Shown piece after piece: positions 1 to 13,804 of a DNA stretch of 64,000 bases. Origin of the DNA: Moniliella sp. 'wahieum' (Eukaryota); NCBI GenBank assembly GCA_003971905.1, contig RSEE01000004.1, positions 806,001 to 870,000 on the forward strand, given 5' to 3'. The number at the start of each line of letters is the position of its first letter. Within the stretch, counting starts at the first letter, position 1. The translations under genes and the position numbers were made by a program. The notes below the pieces were generated by a model, which was not told the origin of the DNA, did no database searches, and saw only the letters and a list, made by a program, of their open reading frames with translations.

Positions 1-1232
1 GGGCGAGCCAACCCAGGCCCGGGCTCTCCCCGGGGACCAGCCCCCCGGTCCCAACTCTTTGGTGCAGTTTATCAACGTATCTACTCGGCCCGGCGCCGAG
101 CCCGTACTGAACAAGGCCGATCTCACCGTGCCGGCGGGGCAGAGTGCCGTGTTTGTGGTACCGCCCAGGACCGAGTTCCAGCCCGGAGCGGGGCGTCAGT
201 GTTTGACTTGGTGCAGGGCTTGGCCGTTCCCCAAGATGGACAAGTGCAGGTGGATGGCGCACCTCGTTCGCCCGGCTGTCTGCGCAAGGCTTTTGTCGCC
301 GTCGAGGCTCTCCCCTCGTTTGGCGCGGACCAGACCATTGGTCAGGCCATTGCTTCGGGCGCCGAAGCAGGCGCACGCGTGGCGACTGACAAGGAGCTGG
401 AGCGAGCAATCCAATGGGCTCAGTGCGACAATCTAGCTGTTTCTCCGGGTCTGGACGCCCCTGCCAAAGACCTGAGCGGTACAAATGCCTGGCGTGTCGG
501 CTTGGCCCGCGCCTTGGTTCGTGTCCAGACCCAGACTGGCTCGGCGGATTCCAGTCCTCCCGTCCTCCTTCTCGATCTGCGCGGGGTGGAGCGGGCTGCC
601 TCCCTAGCCGAACCCGGGGGGGCAGGGCGCCTACCTCGCCGCGCAGGCCATTGCCGCCACTCACAAAGCCGTAGGGGCACCCATCTGGATCCTCTCCTCG
701 CTTGGCACGTCCAAATCCATTTGGCCTCAGCTCCAGCCCATGTGCTTGTCCTCTCTCCTGAAGGCCAGGTGGTGCAAGCAGGCTCGCTCGACACGGTCGA
801 TCTGCCCGGCTCTGCATTCCAAACGATGCTAGCCAAGGCGCGTCTGCTCCTTCTCCTCTGTCTGCACCGGGCCCTGAGGACCCTCACCATCGTCTTGCTC
901 TGGCGGGACGTGCTCCGTTGTCGGGGGCCCTGGGCTCGCCCCAAGCGCCAACGTTCAAGCCTCCGGGCCAACAAACGGTCGCCTTGCACACCTCGGCTCG
1001 CCGCATGGACGCACTCAACCAGACCGAGCAGTGGAGCGTTGCGGAGGCCACTGCTGCCCCGTTACGCCCCCTCTCCCCTGCCCAGCTCGACGCGCTGCAT
1101 CTTCATGCTCAGCTCGCACCACCGAGCTGGCCTGGGGCACCGCCAGCGCCAGAGGATCTGGACGAAATGTTGGCCATGTTCCATTCGGTCCAAACCAAAG
1201 ACCTCCAAGCCAACGAGAAAGGCGAGCCATGA
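1..1232 (+). CDS. Partial (5'-truncated), frameshifted ABC-transporter-like protein C-terminus with degenerate nucleotide-binding domain
   Basis: Joined ORF pieces read VQFINVSTRPGAEPVLNKADLTVPAGQ...LVQGLAVPQDGQVQVDG...LSGTNAWRVGLARALVR...PPVLLLD...HVLVLSPEGQVVQAGS, matching the ABC NBD layout (signature-like LSG, Walker B-like hhhhD). No canonical Walker A is visible. Confidence 0.5.
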
Positions 1233-1682
1233 GGCGTAAGGCGCCCAAAAATGAGAAGTGAGAAGATGCATTTTCTTGGACCTGGTGAGCCAAAGTGGCC
1301 GGTGGATAGCGCAGCTATGTGTGGGAGGGTGGACAGGTAGTTGAGAGGCATGGATAGGCACGATGATCGAGATTGATGATCGATGAACGTTGAACTGGAG
1401 ACGAACTACGGTCATATGGCACAACCAACTGATTCTCTCGGCCCAATTTCGCTGTGGGGTGTGCACGTTATGAAGTCCAGATATTTTCTGCAAAAGATGG
1501 TATGGACATGAAGTCTTCTCCTGAGGCTTGAAGCTGGGTATGGGACTCCAGAGCGAAGGGAGAAAGAGAAAGCAAGCTGGGCCAGGCGATGGGGGTAGCC
1601 AGAGATCCAAGACGTCAGCCTGGCCCGACAGCCAGCAGAAGGGGAAATGTGTTATTGTGCAACCTGTAATTCTAGCAGCCAG

Positions 1683-4600
1683 TCAGTACCGAAACCATAC
1701 AATGGAGCGGGGAATAGGACATACTGTGTATCTAGCGGGGGCAAAAACAGAACGGGGCCAAAGTGGCTGGGGAGGTGAGATCGAGGATTTTGATAGTGGG
1801 CAATGGAGTCGGGGCGTGTCAGGATTAACACCACCACCTTCCTTGTCCACGTTGACAGAATGCCGCTTTTCGCCCAGTGCGGGCCAGTCAGCCGCCGAGA
1901 AGGCTGGTGGGCGATGGACGCGCGCGCGGGGCGTGGATGGGATTTTGGGCGCGGCGGGGGCCATGCGGGGGGTCTGAGGTATCGGGGTATGTTCTGGGGC
2001 GAAGCGAACAACCTTGGGGTGGGCTGGCGGAGCGACGGGAGCAGAGGACGAGCTGGCAGCCTGCCTGGCTTCCAGCTCAGCAATCTTGCGCTTCAACTCT
2101 CGTTCTCCTTCTGGCTGGCCTGAGCCTGAGCCTGAGCCTGCTCCAACTGAGAGCGGTCCACAAGAGTGTTTTTGAGCTGTGACACCTCCTCTCCATGGCG
2201 TCAAAGTGGGAACGGTACTCGTCCAGCTCCGTACGGAGCGTCTGCTCAAGCAAAATGGGTTAGTTACGTCTGATAGGATATGACAAGCGGGCACGCACCT
2301 TCTCCGTCTCTTGAGCGGCCCTTAATTCATCCTGGGAGGGGCCAGCTTGTTCGAGCTGCTTCTGTAGCGTGGTAATACTGGCTTCAGCCGTGCGAAGCAG
2401 GCTTGTCGTCTTGTCTGCATCCCCTGCCCGGCGAGTAGCGTCTGCGAGCTGTGTTTCCTTACCAGCCAGAGTGTCATTTTGGGTGGCCAATAAGTCAACC
2501 AGCTCAGTCAGCTTCTCGTCTTGCTCAGCGATACGGCACCGTAGCTCGGCTTGCTCGCCCACGGAACGGGCAGCGGCCATATTCTGTTCCGTGACGCGGG
2601 CATCCGCCGAAGATTGAACGTCGAGCAGGCGTAAAGCCAGTAGGTCCACCTGCTTCCGTGCCGCCGTAACCGCCGTTTCAGCAGACTCAAGGCGCCGTTG
2701 CTGGCTCAGTGCATGAGCGTTGTGCTCCTCGCGCTCGACTCGCAACGCTGCACGAGCAACTTCGGCTTCGGTCAAGCTGTCCTGGATACGATCCTTGGCG
2801 TCCTGGAGAGCATCAGCCAGTTTGTTCACCCGGCCCTCGGCGGCAACCTGGGCCAAGCGAGCCTTCTCGAGTTCACGGCGAGCCTCATTTTGCGCCTCCC
2901 GTGCCTTCATAGCCAGATCACGCTGGGAACTGACCTCCGATTCCGATTGGCCCAAGGCCGTGTCACCCTGAGCCAGCCGAGCGCGTACCGACTTGAGGTT
3001 CTTCTCGAGCGACTCAACGTATGCCCGCTGGGCCTTGACCTCGGCCACAGCGCCACGGCAGACAGAATCCCTCTCTTTAAGTTCATGATGCATCGCCTCG
3101 ACCTTGGCTTCCAGCACAGTCTTGGCTTCTTCCAAGTCGGACAGGCGATATCATCGTCTCGTCTACCGCGGCAAGTGTGTTCATCTTGGCCAAAATGGAA
3201 CCGTAGGCATCCTTAGACTCGAGTGTAGCCGCGACCAGCTGCTCACCCGTCGTCCTGGCCATCTGTGGCAGTGCGCATCCCGTCCAGCGTTTCCTTTTGG
3301 GTGCCAAGGAACTGAACCAAGCCCGAATTAGTCTTCTCCTGCTTGAGACCCAGCGGTTCGACAAGTGCGATAGCAGGCTCCAAATCCATCTTGTGGTCTT
3401 GCAAAAACGTTTTGAATGCTTTGATGACCTCCTCTGTTGAAACAGCAGCTCCTTGACCGTGACGGACGATGTGGAAGGTGCATTGGGAGCAGAGGAGGGA
3501 TGGAACGCTGGACCATCTTCTGGTGCTGTGCGTACGACTCCTCAGATGCTGGTTGCGTGGACAACCCAATCGTCAAACACACTCTCCGTTTGCTCCCGCA
3601 CGTCACGAAGGAACTCTTGAATCATAGAAGAGACCATTGGACGAATGATCGCTAACCAGTCGGCCGTACGCTCCGCTTCATCATCGTACTTGGTTATTCT
3701 TCCACGATCTGAGCCACGTTGGTTACCAGCAGTCCCGTAATCAGGTCCGGGTCCACTCCTCTTCCTTGAGACGCTCTAGCTGTGGTGTGATCGCCTTGAT
3801 AACCGCCATCTCCAGCTCATCGGCAAAGGAGTCCTGGCCCTGTTGGATGAGAAGAGCCAGCCGTTCCATACGCGTCTGCACATACAACCCCACTCCTCCG
3901 CGCTTTGCTGGAGTGATGCAAACGAATCCAACTTCTCTGTTGCTCGCTCCATGCGAGTAACTGACAAGGCCAATGGCGAGCCGTCGGGAGGAGGACCCAT
4001 GAGGGCCATCTGGATGCAGAGATGCCGGTGTTCAAACTGTTGCGCAAACGGAACCCAATAGTTGTCGCAACACGGCCCAAGCATTCGTCAGATAACTTGG
4101 GGATCAATGTCTCCTTCTCCTCGACTGGGACAAGATGGGACGAGCAATTTGAGGCACAGCATTGCCGAGGGCTGTTTTGAATGGGCCCAACGAACGATCC
4201 AAAATAGATTGGACCAGCTCGAAATCAAGCTCGCCTTGCTCGTTCAGGTCGGGATGATGGCGTGGCTTGTTTGCTCCAGCTCCGGCCTTATCGGCCCATT
4301 GTCCAGATCATCTTGTCCTAGCTCATTCCAGGTAGGGGGCGCATCGGATCCAAGTTCGACCATCCGCCCCGCTTCGTGCGGCAGATCACGGCGACCGGGC
4401 CACCGGACTAGACCAGACGGGTCCATGGCCGAATGCATCTCGCGGACCAACTTATCCACCCACACATCCACACTCGACTCGAGTCGACGCGCCAGCTCAT
4501 CCACCACATCTCTCCGACTCGTCCAAGCCGCCGGTGAATCCGTATCTTCGTCCCCGCCGTCTGACCTGACCGAAGTCGTCCGGCTCGCCACGCTCCCGCC

Positions 4601-7600
4601 CTCCAAGCCCAGCCATGAGTTCCAACAGAAAGATGGGCAGTATCGGGAGGCGCCAACGCGTGCTTGACTGCCTCCGACCTGACGGGGGTAACAGGAAGAG
4701 TCAGACTCACATCCGGGGCTTCGGATGGTGGTGACTTTGCCTTGTCCTTATTGCCCGCCTCTGGTAAAGTGCCGTCTGCTCCGCCGAATCACTGCTGGAG
4801 AAGGAGGAGAGAGCGAGTCGGTCTCGCTCAGGATGCGAGCGTGGTCCAGCTTGGACATAACCCTGGGCAAGTTCGTTGCCTCTTCCTGGGGGGGACGTCC
4901 TGGGAGGATATCATCCCCCTTTGCATACATGTCCGCAAGGATATCAGCGACGCTCATGCCGACTTGGTGGCCACGATTGTTGGGACGGGAAATGGTGATG
5001 GGTTTGGCCATAGGAGGGACAAAGTCGGGCAACGATGCACCCGAGTGGGGGGTATCTTTGGTGGGATGACCCAAAACGTTCGACGTAGTCCCAGAGGTTG
5101 GTCTTGCCCATTGCGTCCGCGGAATGAATGGGTGACCAAGAGGTTTGAAGGCGGGAGCAGACGCATTGAGGGTGTTGCCCCCAAGAGCAAGGAGCTTGTC
5201 GGCTGGTAGTTCGGACGAGGGATCCGATGCACCCACCGTTGAGTTCCATTTGGAGTAGGAAGTCGACCTCTCGTGGCCCGACCACTCTTCAGCAGAATCC
5301 TGGGTTCGATTGAAGTAAGGATGCACAGGCACATGGGGGATCCGTGGGACCGGCCATGATGCAAGGACGACCAAGCAGGCTCGGCCGAATCGATAAAACT
5401 GGGACGCGATCGGTGTTGCAAAGGCGAACGGTGGACCGGACCCTTTGCTTGGTCCAACTCCTGCGTCATTTCCTCATCCTCGTGATTGTCCTCTTCCTCT
5501 TCCTCTCCAAATGTTCCGTAGGCGTCATCCTCGTCTGATGGGTTGGAGATCATATCCTGCTCTTCGGGGGGGTACCGAGAACTGCCTCCAATATCGGCGG
5601 CGAGGGGGGGTAGGCTCGAACGCCAGACATGGAAGCAGAGTGCGGCGGCAATGACAGGCCTTCGCGAGGGATTGGGGTGGGCTTTCGCCCAGGGAATTGC
5701 CAAGCAAGACTCGGTCGCCCTCACCAATGCTCGAAGATGGAAGTGTCTCGCAGGTCAAGGTGCGGTGGATGAGCTGGGCGCGGGGGGGGGGGGGGGGGAG
5801 GGGAGAGCGGCCTTGAAGCAGGGCAGACTCGTGCAGTCGGTGGAAGTCATCGTCCGAGTCATGATGAAGTCGGTCATCTGGTGCGGACGAGTGCGCGTCA
5901 AGATCGGAATATTCCTCCATCACCGTCGGTTGCAAACAGGCGACAAGGTCGTGTGTAGCGGCAGCGAACCGAATGCTGACAAGCGGGGAACCCCGGTCAA
6001 ACGATGCGGTGGACGGTATGGCGAAGTATCCTGCTCCATGTCCGAGGCATCAGCATCCTCAGATGGGTTGGTGAGAAGCTCTTCAGGCACGTCCTCATCT
6101 TCTGTGGCCACATGCTGAGCCAGCAACGACTCTGGCTCAATCATCTGCGACGGCATGGGCGTCGGTACACGATCTAGGTCAGGTGACCTTGCCGAGATCA
6201 TGTCCCAAGCCGGGATGAGAAGCTGCCAGCTTCCATAGCGGGAGGGATAAGAGGCATTTCCCGAAAGTGGGGAGTCGGGGGTCGAATCGCGGGAGATAGG
6301 CTGAGTCTTGCCTGCATCAAGAGCAGGGGCGGCTGAGTCCGATTTGGTCTCCCTCTCTGGAGGAGGGGGGGAGGGATAACCCAGTTTCGGGGAGGGCGCC
6401 AATGAGTAAGGGGGCGCAGAGCGACCGTTGCGAGAACGAACATCCTCGTCATCCGAGCCTCCAAAGTCAGACAGGGTGGGTAAGCCAAGCGCAGCAAAGA
6501 TCTCCTTGCCAAACGGCCCGCCTGATGAGGAGAGATCGAGTGAATATTGAGGTTCATGCTTGTTCCGAAGCGCACGAGTGCTGTGAGACGAAGAAGATGG
6601 AGGGCGAGTGCGCGCTTCGTCAAACACATTGATCTGGGGCAGAGGAGTCAACGACTTCGGAGGAACTGGGTGTGTTGCGATTGAACCCATAGTGGGAAGT
6701 TTCCACGGTAAAGATACCTGCGAGAGGGGGCGTTCTTGCGCCTGATCTCATGAGGCGACGACCGTACATTTTCTTCGCCCACGCCAAGTGCTTTCTCGGA
6801 TACGTCTTTCATCATGCCGGAGTCGTGTTATCGTCAGGCATGGAAGGGAACAGAGACGGAGAGTGCAGGAACGCGTCGGGGGAGTCCACAATGTTGGGCT
6901 GCCGAGGCAAATCCTCAGTCTCAGAGGCCATAGCAACATCCTCAGTTGACTGTACCACCTCCGCCTGAACATCTGATTTGTCCCCTTCTTCGCGGAGAGA
7001 TTCATCAGAAGACAAAGAATCTTCACTCTGGTCTTGTTCGGTCGTCTCTTCAACCACGTCCGGCATATCTCCATGTGGTGTTATACTGTGGTAGGTCGAT
7101 ATCCGCAGCCTTGGCCTCAATGTCCACCCCATGGGCATCTTCCTCTCGCACCCACTCAGCATCGGGGATTTGATATGACAAGGGAGCATCTTCATGGACG
7201 CGACGCGTACCCAGCTACAAGTAAAAGGTCAGTATTCAGAAAGCGAGGCAGTACACAGAAGGACGTACGACTGAGTTGGTATCCTCGGAGGGCAGCGGTG
7301 ACTGGTGTTGAAGTAATAGTTGCTGGTGCTCAGCCATCTGGGCCGGACTGCCTCAGCCGCAGCCCGTTCACATTCCTCGCGTCGCCAGTGGACATACCCA
7401 TTCCATGCACGGTATGGCGGCAGGGGCATGGCAACCATCAATGCGTCCGGAGAGAGATAGGGTGCAGCTCTTCCACGTGGGAGGACGACTGATGGCCTGC
7501 AGCTGGATATTCATCCAGGGGAAGATGCGAGCGATGGGCGACTCTTGGTTTTCCACAACTGGGCCCGCCCAATCGGGGGCGGCGCTCAGCTCGGGACCAG

Positions 7601-9576
7601 GGATACGGGCACGCCACAAAGCACGGCGGTGGTCAACTGCCCGGAGAGCCAAAAGTCGGACCTTCTGCTCCTCCCGCTCGACAGCACTTTCGGTGACAAC
7701 CAACGGACGTGGCGAGACAGAGCGGGGACGGGACGAGTTCAGTTCGGAAGAAGAAGGAGGGTCCTCCGATTCGCCTCCTTCCGATTCGTCTCCCTCCCCT
7801 TGGCTGTCTTCATCGGATCCGAGGCTCGACGAATCCAGTTCGTCGGCCAAGTCATTGTTGAGCTCATCCCCAACTTCGGCTTCAAGGGCCAGAGCCTCCT
7901 GTCGCAGCGCTGGGGGCAAAAACGGGTGGGGCCCGTCTTCCGGGTATCGGATTTCGGACGGGAGTCGAACAGCAATGTGCTTTCTGGTCGTCTGTGTGGA
8001 TACCGTAGGTGGAACGGAAGAGTCCCCAGCCGCCTTGGATGCCTGGTCTTGGGCAGCACTTTGCCCTTTGGGTGGGTTAATCTGGGACGCCAACATGTAG
8101 GCAAATGCTGCCGGATCCATCTGGACCGAGGGCGTGCTGTTGTGGCCCGTCGTCTTGAGAGGTTGGTGTACGATTCGCCCTCCTCTCCCACGAGTGGCAG
8201 CGGAAGCAGGAGGGGGCGCATTAGCGCTCATGCTGCCTCGGCGCGAAGGAGGTGGGGCTGGTGTAGAAACCGAAAGGGTAGTTGATAGACGGCGGGCATG
8301 ATGGCCTGGGGGCTGAAACCGTGGGGGGACCCCAGCTGCGGACGGTTGCGACTGGAAGGGGGGTGGAAAGGAGCCACCAAAAGACGGGGAGGGAGCAAAT
8401 GCAGAACCCCAGGGTGGAGCATTATTGCCGTTCGGGCTCGGATTCGAGTTGGGACTCCGGGTGCGTATGGCGTCGAACCAGTAGATGAGCGAGGCTGACT
8501 CTTGGGAGAAGGTGTGAGGGACAGGGTCGCGCTATGACCATGGCTGTACCCCATGCGAGATGGTGGGGCCAAAGAAGGAAGAGGAGCAGGGGTTGCTGGG
8601 CTTGTACTCTGAGCGTGCCGCGACAAGGCCAGTCCGGCAAGAGACCCTAGCGCGACTGATCCGGAGCGGTGGCGCTGTCCTGCTTCTGGATCCGTCGCAC
8701 CGGCATTGGCTTGATCTAAGATGGGAGAAGGGGATTTCCCGGGGGGTAACCCCACCAAGCTGGAACGCCGCATAGCTTCGGGAACAGGGAACCCAAAGCC
8801 ACGTGTTGGTGTCGTAGGTGGCATTTGGTACATCATAGGCATTCCGTAGGGGAGTGCCGTACTGGGAAGATGGCTGGAAGGGGGCACATAGTTGCTTGGC
8901 TCCTGCCTATGCTCATCGACTGGTGGTAAACCTCCGGGGCCCGCCTGCCGAGGGAGGCCATGGGGCAAAAACGGGGGTGGACCAAACTGAGGACCAAAGT
9001 GGTCGGGACTCGATTCAGGCATGCCATAGGGAGACACACGGGGGGGGCGTGCGAAGGAGGGCACGAAGGTGGCGCGGTCGTCGCAGATGGCTTGGGGAAC
9101 GTTGCGCTTGAGGGAGTAAAGGCGGGCGCGGAAGCGCTAAGAGATCCCTGTCGTGAGAGAGGAGGGGGACCCGATGGTAGGCCACCGTTTGAGGCGGGAA
9201 GTGTAGCATCGCCAGAATGCGTCGGCTTGTTGCTAGCGTTGGGAGTAGGGGTGAGCGCAGGCGCAGGCGCAGGTGCAAAGGGAAGAGTGAACATGTTGGC
9301 AGCAGCAGGGGTGCTGGAGGCCACGTTGCTGCCTACATTGCGTTGGGGAATGAAGATGGGCGCCATGTCATGATGGCTAGGACGCCGCATGGCCAAAGAT
9401 GCCTGGTGCTCGGGAGGAGATGGCATGGGCATGACCGGCTCGACGGCAGGGTAGCGGTGGGCTGGCGGGGCTGGCGGGGCTGGCAGGGCTGGTGGGGTGC
9501 GGATGGCGTCAGCGGAAGAAGATGGGGATAGAAGGGGACGGCGTGGGGACAAGGGAAGGTGGCCTGTGGGCCTCAC
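1683..9576 (-). CDS. Very large hypothetical protein(s): Pro/Ser/acidic low-complexity N-terminal region and C-terminal coiled coil; fragmented by indels and introns
   Basis: Continuous chain of overlapping minus-strand ORFs (8833-9576, 8228-9064, 7368-8231, 5920-6690, 4748-5374, 4244-4606, 3243-3569, 2260-3135, 1683-2294). 2260-3135 is a heptad-rich coiled coil. Clear intron ~2298->2243 (GTGCGT...ACTAAC...CAG). May be more than one gene. Confidence 0.55.
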
Positions 9577-10418
9577 TCACCCAATGCGGAACAGGGCTGG
9601 AGCGCACGGTGGAGTCTGTCCACGATGGCAGGGGCGAAGGGGAGAGAGAGGGGTCGGACGGAGGGGGGGGGCGATGGGGCAGCAAGTGTGGTCAGCGGGC
9701 CGACGGCAACGACGATGACGACGACGAGGCGGCGACACACCCACACACGGCGCAGTGCGAGATGGTGGTGGAGGGGCAACGGGGCGAGGGCGGGTGAGCC
9801 GGGGCTGGCCTACAGCCTGGCGGCTGCTGGCCCCCGCCCGACACCCGCCACATCGGCGCTGCCCGCCCGCGCGCGCGCCAGCAGCACCTGCGCCACACCC
9901 CCGCCGCCGCCACACTGCCCCCCTGCCCGCCCCGCCTCCACCTGTGCCATTTAGTTCATGGCCTGCAATTAACACCAATTGCTCAATTTGTGTTCTTCTC
10001 GGTTGCCCCGGTTAATCATGCGGGTGCGTGCGGCGCCGGCAGTGTCCTTGGCCCCCTTCTGGCGCCCCGCGCCAAGCTGGTGGGCAGGCGACGTCGACAG
10101 CACAACGCATCACGGTGACGCGCACCGTTTTGGGACAGTAAAGCGCTTCGACACGCCCATTGCTCTGCCTCTACTCCTCATCGATATACTCCCCACCCTG
10201 ATTCTCTCCTCCAGTAATGCCCCTCTAACCTTGGTCTATTCCACACCGACTGCCAGAAACCCAAAAAGGCACAACTCAAGGGCCCAACAAATGTGCTGAG
10301 AATGCCAACCGAGTCCACGGTCTGATACGGGGGTTCCTCTCTGCTGGCTCTGGCTGCACGGTGGCCCAATGTTTGCTAGCCAATACTTGTTGTATTCAGC
10401 ATCGGGGATCAATCAGCA

Positions 10419-10500
10419 GGGTTCGTGGTGTAGTGGTATCATGCCTCTTTAGGGCGGTTGCTCATAGAGGTGGTCCTCGGTTCGATCCCGGGCGGACCCC
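10419..10500 (+). tRNA. tRNA-Pro(AGG) with ~10-nt intron
   Basis: Acceptor GGGTTCG/CGGACCC; D-arm TGGTGTAGTGGTATCA; anticodon stem CCTCT/AGAGG around TT-AGG-G + intron; T-loop GGTTCGATCC; followed by a T6 Pol III terminator. Confidence 0.93.
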
Positions 10501-11020
10501 GATTTTTTGATGGTCCTGTCCTGCTTTTAGTCACCTGTTCAGTCTGTGAGGTCCGAGACTCATCATTTATGCAAGCCAGACTGTCACGGTGTAGTCCTTT
10601 TTTAGAAACGACCTAGCAGGGATCACAGAGGGTGTCTGTGTCCTTCGCTACTCCTCACAGCACCAGATGCGGAAACGATGGATACAGCCAACACACAGAA
10701 ACAGGACAAACCACTCAAGTCAGCACCGCATCGTCTGTCCCCCCTTCGATATTCCCTCTTAGCTCCGCATTTTTGCATTTCCCTCGGTCCCGAAACCTTT
10801 CGCAGCGCCAAGCAGCGTTGCCGGGGCATGTACCCACCGGTCCAGGGGCAAGACCAAAATGAAGCTGAAAGCAGAGAGGGCGTATCGACAGAACCCCAAC
10901 CTCTATCAATGTTCACGCTCATGTCAGCAGGAACGGGTGTGGTGTGGCAATCGTAGATACACAAGAGCAAAAGCAAGAGAAGAGTCCCCCCAAGCGAGAA
11001 ACAAAAACAAACGAGGGATA

Positions 11021-13804
11021 CTAGGGAAGGGAGCGAGAAATGGCAACGCGGAAACAAAACGATGACGACCGCTGCACAGCTGCAAAACTGCACTGCACAA
11101 GTGCACGGCAGCAAGTGGATGGGCCAATCCGGGGATTCCAGTACGAAGAAGGAGAAAGGTGAGCCATTTGACTCACATCGGATACGGCGGTCGCCCCGCC
11201 GACGAATCTTTGATGTACATTCGCCCCCGCCCGGGCCCTTGCTTGAACTTGCCCTCGGCCACGGGATACACACGTGCGGACCATCGTCGTCCGTTCGCCG
11301 GGCGGTGACTGTGGCGCGAAGAAGACGGGTGAGCTTCTTGCCTTCCTTGGAGGGAAGCGGCGCTGCTTCGGCCGCTGGCACAGTGGGGCGCTGTGGCTCG
11401 ACAAAACGAGTCTTGCGTAGCATGTTGGAAAAGCTCTTGCGCGGGGAAGCAGGACCGGATTGAGAAGGGTTTGGGGCAGCGTTTGGCTGCTGTCGGAGCT
11501 CTCCGAAGGAGAATAAGGGTAGGATCCCGTACTTGGTCCTGTGTCCAGGGAAACATTATCAGAGACCCAACGCTGCGCCCCGCGGCCTGCCGGCTGGGCG
11601 GGGGTACCGACCGGGAAGGTGGTGGAAAAGGTTGGACTGCTTGCCTCGCTCCGCTGCCAAGCCCGTTCACGCGAGACGGTACTGGGCTCGTGAGAGGTAT
11701 CGAGATGGGTCGAAATCGGCTTGATTCGCAGCGCTGCCCCGTTGGCACCCATAATGTGCGGTGCAGCAGGCCCGCTGCTTGCCGAGCTGCTGGCAGTCGA
11801 ATAGTTGCCAGATAACTCATCGGGCAAGGGGGGGACAATATGCGACCCTTGCGCTTGCAATTGGTGAGCTGTTCCAGGTGCGATTGGAGCAGCTGGATGT
11901 GCGACTGCATCTGCCGTTCTTGGGGTGAGTGAGCTGCTCCCAGTTGGATAGGTACAGAGAGTGCGGAAATAGCACTGGAAGGGGGGGCAATCGACCCGGC
12001 TGGCTGCCCGAGCTGGCTTACCAGAAGCGACTCCAACATACCTGGCGAAAAAATGGTCAGCACAAACCGAGGTTGGCGTAAGGGAGGAAGGAAGGGGGGG
12101 GGGCATACCAATCTTATCGGCCAAATAACGATAGCGTTCGTCATCTGGGCCGCTACTCTCGGTTTCCGCAGGGAGATTGGTGGCACCATCGTTAGGTCCA
12201 TCGAGCTAGACATAGTCTGAGATTGACTGTCCTCGGGGATAGACGCAACCGGGGGTGGAAAGCCCATGCCGGAATAGTGGGCCAAGCCCACATCAGCACC
12301 AAGGGGGGGTTGGTACATCCGACTGACCGACTGTGCTTGCGCCCGTGGATCATGGGGTAACGCCGAATACTGAGGGTGTGCATAGACATTGCCATTCGGG
12401 AGCGAGGCCGAGCGGTAATAGGCCCCTCCAGGGCTCAGAGGCCGCTCGCTGTCCGCCATGCCAGCCCGATCGTAACGAGTGAGAACGAGCGTAGGAGCCG
12501 GGCGCACTCGACTCGGGCGATACGGTTCGCGGGATAGAGGGTCGCCTTGATCGCGACGGGGACATGCCGAGCTCTTGGGGTGTTGTTGACAATCTGCGAC
12601 GTGGGTCTCGGGGTGGACGAGAGATGTGCGCTGAACCAGACGGAGCTAAGCCAGGAGCGGTCGAATCGCTGACCGTAGGAACCTCGTATTGGCGCTGCTC
12701 CCTTGCTCGGCGTGATCCACTGTTCGAAGATGAGGGCCCCGAGTGAGACGAGGCTGTGCGGCTCATACCATGGTCAGTGGAATAGGAGCTTGGACCTTCC
12801 GTCTCTCGGAAGGTGGGGATCGGGCTAGGTCTTGAGCCAAATTCATCGAAGCGATGGGAGATGAGCCAGGTGGAGGGAACGAGGTGGGAGGGTGCGCAAG
12901 TCCGCCAGTCTCGCCTACAGAGGGGGATGGGGGGGTGGATGGCCACTGGGGCAGTAGGCTCGGGTTGACTCTTGAGCCGCAAAGCCATTTGCAATTGAGC
13001 CACTTGAGCCCGCAGTGCCTCGCTCAAAGGCTTCCGGGTTCAAGTCTTCACCCAGCCCTTCCGAGGGACTAATTGACGGCACGACCGATTGGGCGATGGC
13101 AGAGTGCCACTGGGTCTCCTCTTGCGTCGACTAGAACGGGTTGTCTCCTCCGTGTCAGTGAATTGATCATCCTCGTCGTCACCCTGCCAAGAGTTAGGGG
13201 TGGTAGCCGGGCGAAAGTAGCTTGTCGGTCTGGCTTGCCGGGTAAGCCAGGTACAGACAATGAAGGTGTGCGGAAAGAAGAAGGGGAAGGTGACCCCGCA
13301 GAGTGGGGGCCAGGTGGGGCACGCAAGCTGGCCAGGTTCGTTGGGGGCGAAAGCGTAGCCAGTGTGTCGGGTCCAAGTGGATCGCCCAAGGTGCGGTGTC
13401 CTCACTCGAGTCACCTCGTCGATCATAACTAGATTTAGCAATCGACGTGCTGGAGGACTCGACGGAGGAGCGGGACAGAGCACCGAAACAGCAGACCCGT
13501 CGAGTACACTCTCATCGTCCCATGCTGGCTCCTCCTGTTGAAACACAGTGGTGGAGGGAGCACTGCTTTGAGCCATGCTCCTTGTCTCGTCCAGGTCTTC
13601 GCGCCATTCGGGCTGCCATTGAGTCAAGAAGCGCTCCACAGCATCAACAGTTGGGTTAGCATTGTTGTTGGTATTGGCCGTCAAGTTGCCCACAAAAGAA
13701 GGCACATTAGGTGGGGTCGGCATCAGGATGCCGTTCAAGGTGGTGGCTGCCTGCGGCGAGCCACGGTTTGTTTGTTGCATAGCTGGAGGAAGGGTAGCTG
13801 CCAT
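11021..13804 (-). CDS. Hypothetical Ser/Pro-rich multi-exon protein (3' end uncertain)
   Basis: Overlapping minus ORFs 13040-13951, 12350-13027, 11173-12507, 11021-12124 with protein-like composition (MAATLPPAMQQ..., EALRAQVAQLQMAL). Intron ~12107->12042 GTATGC...GCTGAC...CCAG. Confidence 0.55.

Noticed and set aside
2120..2140. TGAGCC x3 as a member of the TNA heptamer arrays
   Set aside because: Period is 6, not 7, and it encodes GSGSGS in the minus-strand gene.
12960..13160. bZIP domain in the 11-13.8 kb gene
   Set aside because: A basic patch and a short amphipathic helix are present, but there is no N-x7-R basic-region consensus or full zipper.
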